DNA from: Bacteroidales bacterium | GTDB taxonomy: Bacteria > Bacteroidota > Bacteroidia > Bacteroidales > F082 | Reading direction: 5' to 3' | DNA: 64,000 nt | NCBI GenBank assembly: GCA_045631805.1 | Contig: JAZQVL010000051.1 | Location: 4,515 to 68,514 of the forward strand | Part shown: positions 44,593 to 55,023 of the stretch, one piece after another | How positions within the stretch are numbered: the first letter of the stretch is position 1 | Layout: each line of letters opens with the position of its first letter | The notes under the pieces: model-generated | Seen by the model: only the letters and a program-made list of their open reading frames with translations | What the model was told of the DNA's origin: nothing | Database searches by the model: none | Translations under genes and position numbers: made by a program

Positions 44593-44979
44593 TTAAAACG
44601 CCAATTGTTTTTGCAATTCCAAGAACTCTTCTTGAGAAAGTTGGAGTTTAGGGCGTTTGAAGTCGAGGTCACCTTCTTTTTGCATTGGCACGAGATGAAT
44701 GTGAGCATGTGGCACTTCGAGACCAATAACAGCAACACCGACTTTAACACAAGGGATAACATCCTTAATTCTGTTTGCTATTTGTTTAGCAAATATCATC
44801 ATTTCTCCGAGGTCGTTATCTTCTATGTCGAAAATATAATCGACTTCTTTTTTAGGAATAACGAGGGTGTGACCTTTCATCAAAGGATTGATGTCGAGAA
44901 AAGCGAAGAATTTATCGTTTTCAGCGATTTTATAGCAAGGTATTTCACCGTTTATTATTCTTGAAAATATAGTTGCCAT
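44593..44979 (-). CDS. HIT-family (histidine triad) nucleotide hydrolase
   Basis: Histidine triad HAHIHLVP. Confidence 0.9.
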   Translation of the reverse strand: MATIFSRIINGEIPCYKIAENDKFFAFLDINPLMKGHTLVIPKKEVDYIFDIEDNDLGEMMIFAKQIANRIKDVIPCVKVGVAVIGLEVPHAHIHLVPMQKEGDLDFKRPKLQLSQEEFLELQKQLAF

Positions 44980-44983
44980 AATG

Positions 44984-45457
44984 TTAACGTGTTATTTCAA
45001 TTATTTCAAACATAACCTTACCTGCAGGCACTTGTATTTCAACTTGATCGCCAACAGATTTTCCGAGAAGACCTTTAGCGATTGGAGAAGTAACGGATAT
45101 TTTGTGATTTTTAAGGTCAGCTTCTTTTTCAGGAACGAGAGTATAAGCCATGATAGCATTAGTTTTCAAGTTCTTTATTTTAACTGTTGAAAGGAGCAAA
45201 GCCTTAGATGTATCCATTTTTGATTCATCAAGCACGCGAGCGCTCATGATTAATTGTTGAAGTTCAACGATCTTCATTTCAAGATGTTGTTGAGCTTCTT
45301 TAGCAGCATCATATTCGGCATTTTCTGAAAGATCTCCCTTATCACGAGCTTCAGCAATTGCCTGAACGACTTTTGGACGTTCCTCGAGAATAAGACGATC
45401 CAATTCGTCTCTTAATTTCTGAAGTCCAGCCTGTGTAAAATATTCAAATTCAGCCAT
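44984..45457 (-). CDS. greA: Transcription elongation factor GreA
   Basis: Coiled-coil N-domain with GDLSENAEYDAAKE and a C-terminal GreA/B domain. Confidence 0.95.
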   Translation of the reverse strand: MAEFEYFTQAGLQKLRDELDRLILEERPKVVQAIAEARDKGDLSENAEYDAAKEAQQHLEMKIVELQQLIMSARVLDESKMDTSKALLLSTVKIKNLKTNAIMAYTLVPEKEADLKNHKISVTSPIAKGLLGKSVGDQVEIQVPAGKVMFEIIEITR

Positions 45458-45499
45458 AATATGTTATTTAAATTTAATTAACGAAAAAGAAAAAAGAGA

Positions 45500-45517
45500 C
45501 CCTTACCGAAATAAGGG
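45500..45517 (-). terminator. Hairpin plus U-tract between the PorV-like gene and greA
   Basis: Stem CCCTTA/TAAGGG with a 6-nt loop. On the minus strand it is followed by TCTCTTTTTTCTTTTTCG. Confidence 0.6.
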
Positions 45518-45537
45518 CCCTTTTGTTTTATCGTATG

Positions 45538-45545
45538 CAAAGATA
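45538..45545 (-). promoter_or_regulatory. -7 promoter box TATCTTTG upstream of greA (and upstream of the hairpin)
   Basis: CAAAGATA on the plus strand, 81 nt upstream of ATG 45457. Confidence 0.45.
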
Positions 45546-45573
45546 CGAATTATTTTTGGATATAGGTCAATCT

Positions 45574-46638
45574 TTAGAAAATAATTCTTGCACCTATAGT
45601 ATGTGTACCGTTCCAATGGTGTGTGCTTTGGTATGAATAGTCGATAGAGACTTTCATGCTTTCGCTAAGAGGAGCTTGTACTGAAGCACCCATTGACAAA
45701 CCATTGTTTACGTTTACGCAGTCATCTAATTCAATATCTTTCCAGATACCGTTTTCAATTGTGTAACCTGCACGGAGAATCAAGTAATCTTTGAATGATC
45801 CTTCAAGACCTAATGTTACTTGGTCTTTTGAGAAAGAGTTTGAAGTAAAGTTACCTGCAGCTGTGAGGCGTGATCCGTTTGTGAAATTGAAATCGTATGC
45901 AGCAGCAATATTCAATTGTGTTGGCAACTCGAATTGGTCAGCACGGTGAATAACTGTAAGTTCTGAACCCCAGAATGAGTCTGGACTTGCTTTGAATGAG
46001 ATACCGTCACCACCGAATTTCATTGTTGTACCAATGTTTTTCAATGTAATACCGAAGTGAATATTGTCTGTAATACCTGTTACATATTGGATACCTGCGT
46101 CGAGAGCGAAGCCTGTACCAACCATATCAGAGATTGATTCGCTTATGATTTTCAAAACGAAACCTGCATGAATACTATTTGAGAATGACTTAGCAACTGC
46201 TACGTTGATGTTCATCAAGTTTGGTTTGAATGTACCTAATGTCATGTCAGGATATTCTTCAGTTGTTCTGTAGATTTCACCTGGGTTGAATGACATAACA
46301 TAGAGACCAGCTACCACTGATTCAGAAACTCTTGCGAGGAAACCGAATGAATAAGCATTAACGTCTGAACCTTTTAACCAATTTGTATATGAAAAGTTCA
46401 AATCGATGGAGTTTGTTGCTGTGATACCAGCAACGTTACTCCACATAGCTTCAACACCATGAATTGATGACATACCTGCGTTACCCCAACCGGCTGATGA
46501 AGCCCAAGGGTTAATTAATAATTCTGTTGCACCTGCTTGACCTAATCTATCCTTATTACCTGCGAATGCTGTATTGCTTAATCCTAATACTAAGATTGCC
46601 AAGCTTACTATAACGATGGATTTAAATAACTTTTTCAT
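45574..46638 (-). CDS. PorV/PorQ-family outer-membrane barrel (PorV paralog)
   Basis: Signal peptide MKKLFKSIVIVSLAILVLGLSNTAFA. The segment GQAGATELLINPWASSAGWGNAGMS..WSNVAGI resembles the PorV N-terminal signature. The protein ends ..GARIIF. An alternative ATG lies at 46665. Confidence 0.7.
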   Translation of the reverse strand: MKKLFKSIVIVSLAILVLGLSNTAFAGNKDRLGQAGATELLINPWASSAGWGNAGMSSIHGVEAMWSNVAGITATNSIDLNFSYTNWLKGSDVNAYSFGFLARVSESVVAGLYVMSFNPGEIYRTTEEYPDMTLGTFKPNLMNINVAVAKSFSNSIHAGFVLKIISESISDMVGTGFALDAGIQYVTGITDNIHFGITLKNIGTTMKFGGDGISFKASPDSFWGSELTVIHRADQFELPTQLNIAAAYDFNFTNGSRLTAAGNFTSNSFSKDQVTLGLEGSFKDYLILRAGYTIENGIWKDIELDDCVNVNNGLSMGASVQAPLSESMKVSIDYSYQSTHHWNGTHTIGARIIF

Positions 46639-46670
46639 GATCGTACTTTTTAATTTTGTTCGCATAATAA

Positions 46671-49600
46671 TTAGAATGTATTTAAGTCAACTTGACGCAT
46701 TGCACAATAGAATTTAACTGTCTTTTCACCACCGTTTACAAGGTCTTTAACATGGATGAGATAGAAACCTGAAGCGATTGGTGTGTTAGCATGGTTAGTT
46801 AAATCCCAGTCAATTGTTGTTACACTTGAGTCTTTCTTGAATTGACGAATCTTAGCACCGTTTACTGTGTAGATTGTTACAACGCACTTGTCTGGAACGT
46901 TTGCAATCTTAACTGTATGTGTAAGAGCATTGCCTTCGTATGTAGAGAATGCATAATATGGATTAGGTACTACTGTAACCATTTCGAGGTCACTTGCGCC
47001 TTTTTCAAGATCTTTAACTGTTGGTGCACAACCATCTGTTGAGAAAGTATAATATGGATAATAACCATTATGATTTTCTGTATCTACCAACTCATCTGTT
47101 ACGAGTTCAAGTGGCATATCGCTATAACCTGATCTATATGGAGTTGCTATACGTACAGAAATCTTAACAGGATTACCTTCTTGTAACCATTCTCTACCTT
47201 CTACAGCCATTGGCATACCTGCCCATAATGGTTGACCCCAGAACTTGATATAGTGAACTTTTTGGTGTGCAGACGCCAATGTTTCTATTTCCTTCAATGT
47301 GTTGCAAATGTATGCACCAGCATCGTAAGCAGGTGATTTGTACATTATATCACCTTGTACACCTGCGTCATTCATTGGGAATACATATACGAAGTGTTTA
47401 CCACCGAATACTGGAGTTGCATCTACAGCATCAAACAATACAGGATCTGAAAGCTGTGCTAATGGAGCTGACAATACTGTTGATTCTTTCAATGCTGGTG
47501 GGTTGAATAACATGTCACGACCGTTCAAATCAGGGTAGAATGAGTCTTCTGAGAAGCACATGTTGAGACGTGCACCTGTTTCAACATCAATAGCATAACC
47601 AGGGAACCAGCCCATACCTCTTGCAGAGATATAGTTAGGAGCGTTTGGATCATCACTTGCTTCCATATTCATGTCATCACATGAATTGCCTTCTTTGTCA
47701 ACTGATGCTGCTTTACGCAATGCGAATGTGATAGCATTGCCTTCTGATAAATTCTTATCACCACACATTTCAATTACTGCACAACGTGTCCATTTTGACT
47801 TGTCAGCTGTTAAAACAATGTCAATAGAACCTAATCTTCTGAAGAGAGAGTCAATTCTACAATTAGTCTTGTGAAGAGGACCTGGTACATTATTAATATA
47901 TGGTGTTGTTAAAATCAACGGAGCCCATGTACCCTCAGCAATATTTTCATAATCTTCAGATTCGTCGTATGTTTTTGAAATACCACCTGTTGTTGAAGCA
48001 ACGCTATAGTCGTTTTCACTTGGTTCATCTTGGTTACCATAGTTACCTGAACGAATCCAGTTAATTGGTGATGATGGAATATTATCATCATCTCTGATAC
48101 CGCCTAACCATCTATTTGAAGAGTCAGCGTATGTAACTGATGATGTAATGAGACCGTTATTAGGTGCTAGAATACGCCATACAGCATCATAAGAGTTATT
48201 TGATGAATTGAAGTGTTTACCTACGAGTAGCGGACCAACATTCCAAGGTTGATAAACTGTTACAGAAATACCTCTTTCAAGGAAAATATTTTCTGAAGCG
48301 AAATCTGATGTTGTATCTGATTCAAAAATTTCACCAGTTTTTAAATCTTTAAGTTTCCATCTAAATACTTGTTTTTCTGTTGAGTCACCGAAAACTGTTA
48401 CATCATTTGTAACATTTTGAATGTATTTAAATTTGAAATCTTCTAACCAAATAGCATAGTCTGTTGCTACAACATTCAATGGGTCGATAACCTTAACATC
48501 AATAGGACCATTACCAGCTTTATATGTAGGGTGGTATGCTATTGGATAGTCAGGACTACCAAACACGTTAGTTTCACTTGCTGGTTTCTTGCTTAAGATC
48601 TCATTTACTGTTTCATCAGTAAGTTCAAGTTGATTACCACCATTACCAAGACCTGCCCAACGTGTAATTTGTGGTTGATCTCCGTAATTTGAGTTAATTA
48701 CAGTACCGTTAACAGTTTTGTGAGGAACTGCTGAGTACAATTTAATGTTTTTACGACCTGCAAGATATGGAGTCTTTTGACCAAACAATGCCATAGGGTT
48801 GTTAGGGTCAATTTCATAATCTTGATAATTATTATAAGCGTATGAAATAGCCATATAATAATAGGTCTTGTGGTTAATCAAGTTAACGTCACCTGTTGTT
48901 GTAAATTCGTCTTGTGTGATAACAAATGTATTCTTGATACCTTCATCATTACCTTCAACCATGAGTGTAGGAACTGATGCTTGTAATTGATCATCATAGA
49001 TATAATTTATGATTCTTGAAACATCGTTCTTAACGTCGCATTGATAAACGATACGTGCTTTTGAGATGTCGTTAAGATCTTCAACACTAACTTCTTTATT
49101 AGCCAATTGATAAACAATGTAACCTTCGAAACGATATGTTGAGTCGTTACGTTGTGTTGAGTCTGTTACGAGAGGACCACAAATTTGTGGATCAACTTCG
49201 TAATAAGATTCACCGTAGTTATTTGAATTTTCTGAGTTAGAAATATAAACGATGAGTTTCTTATCGAGTTCACGGAATGTGAGGTCTGGAGCATCTGGAC
49301 CATCAAGTACGTCGAAACAGTTGTCGAACATTGATTGACATTTATCGTCAACACGACGTAATAATTCTACTGATGCCCATGCTGTACCTGATGATGAACG
49401 AGCCCATGGCACACCGAAAGTGATGTAGTTAACAGCACCTGGTTTCAATGTGAAAGGACCAGCTGATTGCATGAAACGACGGTCAGCAGGGTTGTTAGGT
49501 GAGCCATTGTTACCTGTTTCTTCACTCCAGTAACCTGGGAAACCTGTTGGCAAACCACCAGTACCCCAGTTACATGGGTCAGAATCGAATGGGAACATGA

Positions 49601-50999
49601 AGTCACATGCTACGTCAGTTACACCAGGAGAACCTGGGAATGCGTTACCACCATAGTGCATCTTGTCACCATTTTTCCAAATACCTCTAAGATAGTTGTA
49701 ATATTCAGAAGCTTTTTCTGGGTCACCGTGGTCAGTTTGGTCATTATCGTGATAAACGAAGCGGCGCATACCGAAACGTTCGTCATCAACAATACCATTA
49801 CCAAAGTTAACACCATTGATACTTTCGTCGCAGTTTTCACCTGTTACAGGATTGTATTTAGGGTTATCGATTCCGTCTGGATCCAAATATGGACCTTGGA
49901 AGAAGTCAACACCAACTGCTGGAGGATTTGCACCGTATGATTCTGGTTCACCATTACCATCGATGTTAGAACCGTTATAACCATAACCTAAACCACGGCT
50001 TACGTCACAACCGACAAAGTCATCTCTTGAATAACCAAGGTCAACGTCTGTCCATGGAGAGAAGTAAGTATTTGTTAAAGTATATGTAGAACGGTTAATG
50101 ATTTCATAACTATAGAAAGTCATGTTGTTGATTTCATCATTAGTAGCGAAAGCGAAAGCTTGTGCTCTAATTTCCATACCGATTGCTGAACCACCTGTTT
50201 CTGTGTGAGCATTACCTTTATCGTTGAAAACCCACCATATTGTTTGGTCACCTTTAATAACTTGGTCAGCCAAAATAGAACCTTCAATAGAACCTTCTAC
50301 GTATTCGTCCATTGTAGGGACTTGGCTATGACAAAGTTCATTATCGATATCATAATATGGATAATCACCATCTTCAGGGTTGTATTCAGTATCGCCATTT
50401 CTATCGAAGAAAGGAGCTAAGTAATTACTCATACCTCTACTTGGGTCACCGTGAGCAGGCCATGTTGCAATTGATGTAGGAATTTCGTAACCTGGATCTG
50501 GGCTAAATGCACCTGTTTCTGGGTCACAATTTGCCAAGAATTCATCAACTTCAGCACGTGTGATAGTGTACATTTTATCATATTCCATACAAGTTTCTGG
50601 AAGAATAGAAGCAGTACCATCTATTGTAAGAGGACCAGTCCAGAAGTCATTACCTTCTTGACGGAAACGGATAGCAGAACATTTTAACTGTTGGTTGATG
50701 TCGAGACCAGCGATCCAGAGAGAACCAGCATACAATGATGTTGCTGAACCGTTAGCAGGAATATAATATTTAGCTCCTGTTCCACCTGGGAGATCCCACC
50801 ACATGTCACCACCGGCATTAACACGTACTCTTGCATTGTTGATATTCAACCAAGCAAATGTAGAAGACGGAGAACATCCAGCTGTTGTACCTCTGATAGC
50901 ACGAGATTTAGTGTCATTCATTTTGACCTTCTCTGCTCTCAATTCTGTTACATTCATGAAAAGGAATGCAACAATTAATAAACGAACAATTGTCTTCAT
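46671..50999 (-). CDS. Giant secreted protein (1442 aa) with T9SS-CTD-like C-terminal domain, function unknown
   Basis: Signal peptide MKTIVRLLIVAFLFMNVTELRA. The C-terminus is VVPNPYYAFS...VVTIYTVNGAKIRQF...IASGFYLIHVKD...KTVKFYCAMRQVDLNTF. I recognise no catalytic motif. Confidence 0.8.
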   Translation of the reverse strand: MKTIVRLLIVAFLFMNVTELRAEKVKMNDTKSRAIRGTTAGCSPSSTFAWLNINNARVRVNAGGDMWWDLPGGTGAKYYIPANGSATSLYAGSLWIAGLDINQQLKCSAIRFRQEGNDFWTGPLTIDGTASILPETCMEYDKMYTITRAEVDEFLANCDPETGAFSPDPGYEIPTSIATWPAHGDPSRGMSNYLAPFFDRNGDTEYNPEDGDYPYYDIDNELCHSQVPTMDEYVEGSIEGSILADQVIKGDQTIWWVFNDKGNAHTETGGSAIGMEIRAQAFAFATNDEINNMTFYSYEIINRSTYTLTNTYFSPWTDVDLGYSRDDFVGCDVSRGLGYGYNGSNIDGNGEPESYGANPPAVGVDFFQGPYLDPDGIDNPKYNPVTGENCDESINGVNFGNGIVDDERFGMRRFVYHDNDQTDHGDPEKASEYYNYLRGIWKNGDKMHYGGNAFPGSPGVTDVACDFMFPFDSDPCNWGTGGLPTGFPGYWSEETGNNGSPNNPADRRFMQSAGPFTLKPGAVNYITFGVPWARSSSGTAWASVELLRRVDDKCQSMFDNCFDVLDGPDAPDLTFRELDKKLIVYISNSENSNNYGESYYEVDPQICGPLVTDSTQRNDSTYRFEGYIVYQLANKEVSVEDLNDISKARIVYQCDVKNDVSRIINYIYDDQLQASVPTLMVEGNDEGIKNTFVITQDEFTTTGDVNLINHKTYYYMAISYAYNNYQDYEIDPNNPMALFGQKTPYLAGRKNIKLYSAVPHKTVNGTVINSNYGDQPQITRWAGLGNGGNQLELTDETVNEILSKKPASETNVFGSPDYPIAYHPTYKAGNGPIDVKVIDPLNVVATDYAIWLEDFKFKYIQNVTNDVTVFGDSTEKQVFRWKLKDLKTGEIFESDTTSDFASENIFLERGISVTVYQPWNVGPLLVGKHFNSSNNSYDAVWRILAPNNGLITSSVTYADSSNRWLGGIRDDDNIPSSPINWIRSGNYGNQDEPSENDYSVASTTGGISKTYDESEDYENIAEGTWAPLILTTPYINNVPGPLHKTNCRIDSLFRRLGSIDIVLTADKSKWTRCAVIEMCGDKNLSEGNAITFALRKAASVDKEGNSCDDMNMEASDDPNAPNYISARGMGWFPGYAIDVETGARLNMCFSEDSFYPDLNGRDMLFNPPALKESTVLSAPLAQLSDPVLFDAVDATPVFGGKHFVYVFPMNDAGVQGDIMYKSPAYDAGAYICNTLKEIETLASAHQKVHYIKFWGQPLWAGMPMAVEGREWLQEGNPVKISVRIATPYRSGYSDMPLELVTDELVDTENHNGYYPYYTFSTDGCAPTVKDLEKGASDLEMVTVVPNPYYAFSTYEGNALTHTVKIANVPDKCVVTIYTVNGAKIRQFKKDSSVTTIDWDLTNHANTPIASGFYLIHVKDLVNGGEKTVKFYCAMRQVDLNTF

Positions 51000-51024
51000 A
51001 TTTTCAGTAATTTTTTATTTCTGT

Positions 51025-54000
51025 TTAGAAGTTAAAGATTACACCAAATCTAATTTGACGTGGTTGTGAATAGTGACCTGCGTAATTTACATACAAGCTA
51101 TACAAATCTGTATATGCTGTTGGGTCTCTTTGAATTTGAATTTCACGTTGGTATTCTGGTGCTGTTAAGTAACCGTCATCATCTGGGTTACCTGTTGCAT
51201 TGTAAACACCCATGATATTCTTAGAATTCAAGAGGTTCAATACTTGTAAATATACGTTCATATAAGCATCACGGCCATTACCATCTTCTTTCTTACCAAG
51301 TTTCAAGTTGATGTCTTTGTCAACACGGAGGTCAAAACGGAATGACCAAGGGAGACGTGAACCATACATTGAACCATTCAAGATGTTTGTTGAAGGAGAA
51401 ATAGGTGAAGAAATGTTTTTAGCTGATGTATAAGGAGTACCTGAACCACCATTAACTGTCAAACTAGCACCTGTATTAGCCAACCATTGAATATTTTTCT
51501 TGTTTTCACGTTTTGTTACAGGTCCGTTATAGTCTTTACCTTCGCCAAAACGATAGTCGAGAACAATATTGAATTGGTGACGACGGTCCCATGGCATTGG
51601 GAATGTAGAACGTAAGTTAGGAACACCTGCTGCAATCAATGAAGACATGGTTGTTGTACTTGCACCAGTAGCATTAGTAAATTGTAAAGTGTAACTTGCA
51701 CGCAAACGAACATTACCTGTTCTACGTAAGTCGTATGATGCTGTGAAACCTTTAACAGTACCAAAGTCTAAGTTGCTGTATGATGTATAATCTTTAGGAT
51801 ATGCACCTGTATAACGATACAACTGAATCATGTTACGTAACTCACGATAGTAACCAGTGATTGTCATTGATGATGAGTTGGTTAATTTTTGAGTAAAACC
51901 AAGTTCATAGTCAATTGTTTGAGCTGGTTTCAATGATGGGTTATTGATAGCACCACTAACTTGATCGAAGTAATAGTAGCTATAGATATTTGTAAAGTTG
52001 TTAGATGGACGTTGTGTCAAAACATCATAGTGAGCAAAGAACAATGCTTCGTCAGAAATAGGGAATGAGAATGAGATACGAGGCATTACACTCCATTGTG
52101 GATCATAATCTTCAAATGAAGTTGTGCTGATTCTACGTTGTGATGGGTCTACGAGCCATGGTGAGATACCGCTACCTTTGTCTAATGTTGTAGGGTCAGA
52201 AATTTCTTTACCATCTTCGCCGTACCATACATTGCCGTTACGATAACCAACGATTGCAGAGATGTCGTCAATTTTATTTACGTAAACTGCAAAGTCTTCA
52301 CCGATGTTATCTGGAACGTCAACAACTGTACCATTTTGAAGTGTGATGTTGCCATTATTATCGACCAAATCACCAACAGTTTTATAATCATAAAGGATAT
52401 AAGGGTCCTTCAAAACTTTTTGGTTAGCATCGAAACGGTCAACACGAACACCAATATTAAAGATAAGATCTTTGAAAGCGAATTTATCTTGGATATAACC
52501 AGCCATGTAAATAGGTTTGAATGAACCTACTGGACGTGTATAGTTACCATTTTCATCAACTTCTGTGAAGAAATCTTCAAAGCTTGGTTGTCCTTTAATC
52601 TTATTACCTTGATAATCATAACCATAGTATGAAACGTATGAGTTACCGTCTTGAGTCAACTCATCTGGAGTAAACATACTGATATCGAAACCATTTGACA
52701 ATGTTGCAGTATGCATAACACCATCTTTATCATAATATTGGATAGTATTATCATTGAAATCATAAGAGTCGATATTGATCCAATCCAAACCTTCAACGCT
52801 AAGTCCTAAAGCTTCACGTAGATTTTTGTCGAATTGATATTGTGATGATTCGTCATATCTTCTGTAGTAACGAATTGTATCAACGAAACCGTCGTAGCTA
52901 ACAACTTCAGGGTTAGCGATGTCTAACTGTTGGATATGGAAGTTAGCGAGGTTTCTCATCAAATACCACATTCTGTAACCGCTTACGCCATAGCTTCTGT
53001 TATTACGTTGTTCATATTGGAAACCTAATTTGATTTCGTGGTTACCAACTGTCATAGCGCCAGCAAGGTTAACATTGAATTTATCAACTTCACCATATCC
53101 GTAGTTTGATTGGATAGAACCTGGAGCAGAGTAGAGTCCATAGAATGCTGAAGGAGAATCACCATTCAAGAGAGCACCACCAAGTTGAAGGTCAGTGAAG
53201 TTTTGATAATGTCCGAGAGGATCATTATACAAATCATAGTAAGAAGTTGTATATCTTGCCAACAATGGGTTATGTTCTGATGCTTGGAATCCTACCAAAG
53301 TATCATAATCCCATGATGTTGTAGCCCATACTCCGCTATAGAGAGATGTAGAACCATCAGCATTTGTTACAGTGATTGTTGAGTCAGCGAAACCGTATGA
53401 AGGAGTTTTGTAGATGGTATATTTACCGAGATAACCATAATCCCAAATATTGTCCCAATGATCAGGATCACCATATTCGCTATTGTAGCGAGAGTAGTCA
53501 ACTTGCAAGCTGTAGTAGAAGTTCTTAATCAAAGATGTGCTTTCTTGAGGAGAAGGGAATCTTTGAGTGAAACGACCGTAAACACGCCATGTTTGGTCTT
53601 TACCTACAGCATTTTTAGCTGAGTTGAAGTAAGCGCTGCTTCTGCTATATGCATTGTACTTACTGAGGTTAAATGTACCACCGAATGTCAAGTTAGTAGT
53701 TTCGGTTGTACGAACGTTGATGTTACCAGCGATGTTAGCGCTCCAGTTTGAAGTGTTTTGTGAGTTTTTGATGTACTCCATAGAACCCATTCTTGTGTAT
53801 TCACCGTTGAGGTAGGTACCTTGGCCTGAACCTGAAACACGGATAGGATTGTTTTGGATGTACTCTAACCATTCGTCTGTAGCTTTGTAATGGCCAACAG
53901 CTGACAAAGCGCCATCGCGATCGTAGTTAAATTCTCCTGATAAGAAGAAACCTAACAAAGCAGTCTCGCTATTTTTACCTTTGATTAATGGACCTTGAAC

Positions 54001-54756
54001 ATTAAGACCAACTCTGTTATGTCCATAGCTGTCCAATAATTCTGAAGTTTCCATTTCAACGCCAGCACCGAAGGTTCTTGAAGGGCCTTTAGTTGTCATG
54101 TTGATGATACCACCTGTAGCATCACCATACATAGCTGGAGTACCTGATAAGAGAACTTCAACTTGGTCAATAGCTGATTGAGGTACGGTTGCAGAACCGA
54201 TAACACGTACGCCGTCAACGTAATAAGTAGCGCCGTCACGGGCACCACGCATGTTACCTGCTTCACCGTCACTTGAGAAAACACCACCGACGCTCGCTGC
54301 TACAGCAGATGCTGAACGTTGAGGCATCTTGGCAATTTCTTCCGCAGTAATTGTAGCACCACCAGATGTATTATCCTTTGAAATCAAAGGCACCTTGTAG
54401 TCAACAATTTCAACAGCATCCAACATTTCTGATTGCATGCTCATGTTAACGTCTTGGAAAGTAATCTTGTTTGCTGGAATAACAATACCTTTCATGATGA
54501 AAGTATTGTAACCAACGAAAGTTGCTTTCAAGTCGTAGGTTCCCGGAGGAATCGGGTTGATGTCATAGTTGCCATCAAAGTCAGAGCTGGCACCACCAAC
54601 TTGGGTACCGCCATTTTCCAAAATAATGTTTGCAAATGGAATTGGTTCGCCAGTGTCTTTGTCGACAACAACACCTTGGAGTCGTCCAACTTGCGCATAT
54701 GCTAACGACCACGATGTCAGCATGATGCAGAGGGTAAATAGTAACTTTCTTAACAT
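51025..54756 (-). CDS. Oar-like TonB-dependent outer-membrane barrel (CarboxypepD_reg + plug + 1000-aa barrel)
   Basis: A CarboxypepD_reg-like segment (LQGVVVDKDTGEPIPFANIIL..SSDFDGNYDI..GTYDLKATFVGY), a plug-like segment (GNMRGARDGATYYVDGVRV..VEVLLSGTPAMYGDATGGIIN), and the C-terminus RFGVIFNF. Confidence 0.85.
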   Translation of the reverse strand: MLRKLLFTLCIMLTSWSLAYAQVGRLQGVVVDKDTGEPIPFANIILENGGTQVGGASSDFDGNYDINPIPPGTYDLKATFVGYNTFIMKGIVIPANKITFQDVNMSMQSEMLDAVEIVDYKVPLISKDNTSGGATITAEEIAKMPQRSASAVAASVGGVFSSDGEAGNMRGARDGATYYVDGVRVIGSATVPQSAIDQVEVLLSGTPAMYGDATGGIINMTTKGPSRTFGAGVEMETSELLDSYGHNRVGLNVQGPLIKGKNSETALLGFFLSGEFNYDRDGALSAVGHYKATDEWLEYIQNNPIRVSGSGQGTYLNGEYTRMGSMEYIKNSQNTSNWSANIAGNINVRTTETTNLTFGGTFNLSKYNAYSRSSAYFNSAKNAVGKDQTWRVYGRFTQRFPSPQESTSLIKNFYYSLQVDYSRYNSEYGDPDHWDNIWDYGYLGKYTIYKTPSYGFADSTITVTNADGSTSLYSGVWATTSWDYDTLVGFQASEHNPLLARYTTSYYDLYNDPLGHYQNFTDLQLGGALLNGDSPSAFYGLYSAPGSIQSNYGYGEVDKFNVNLAGAMTVGNHEIKLGFQYEQRNNRSYGVSGYRMWYLMRNLANFHIQQLDIANPEVVSYDGFVDTIRYYRRYDESSQYQFDKNLREALGLSVEGLDWINIDSYDFNDNTIQYYDKDGVMHTATLSNGFDISMFTPDELTQDGNSYVSYYGYDYQGNKIKGQPSFEDFFTEVDENGNYTRPVGSFKPIYMAGYIQDKFAFKDLIFNIGVRVDRFDANQKVLKDPYILYDYKTVGDLVDNNGNITLQNGTVVDVPDNIGEDFAVYVNKIDDISAIVGYRNGNVWYGEDGKEISDPTTLDKGSGISPWLVDPSQRRISTTSFEDYDPQWSVMPRISFSFPISDEALFFAHYDVLTQRPSNNFTNIYSYYYFDQVSGAINNPSLKPAQTIDYELGFTQKLTNSSSMTITGYYRELRNMIQLYRYTGAYPKDYTSYSNLDFGTVKGFTASYDLRRTGNVRLRASYTLQFTNATGASTTTMSSLIAAGVPNLRSTFPMPWDRRHQFNIVLDYRFGEGKDYNGPVTKRENKKNIQWLANTGASLTVNGGSGTPYTSAKNISSPISPSTNILNGSMYGSRLPWSFRFDLRVDKDINLKLGKKEDGNGRDAYMNVYLQVLNLLNSKNIMGVYNATGNPDDDGYLTAPEYQREIQIQRDPTAYTDLYSLYVNYAGHYSQPRQIRFGVIFNF

Positions 54757-54805
54757 ACCTTGAAATTTTATGTTATACTACTCAATTTGTTCGTTAAAAG
54801 GAGTT

Positions 54806-54813
54806 CAAAGATA
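54806..54813 (-). promoter_or_regulatory. -7 promoter box TATCTTTG for the barrel-giant-PorV-like operon
   Basis: CAAAGATA on the plus strand, 50 nt upstream of ATG 54756. Confidence 0.55.
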
Positions 54814-55023
54814 CGATAAAATTTTAAACAAAAGAAAGAAAATATTCAATTACTAAAAAATATTTTTCATGACGCCAATATATAATATATTAAGACGTTG
54901 TTTCTTAACACATTAAATATAAATTTTAGTAAAATTATTTTTTATTTTTATATGGTTTTAGTCTTTCCTTAACATTATTTCTCAAATATCCTCAAAATGT
55001 TTGTAAAAGAGATGTTATATTAT

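Noticed and set aside
46671-50999. Calling the 1442-aa protein PorU because it sits next to a PorV-like gene.
   Set aside because: I see no gingipain/C25-like peptidase motifs. The protein is longer than PorU as I recall it, and its N-terminal region looks unrelated. I left it as unknown pending an HMM check.
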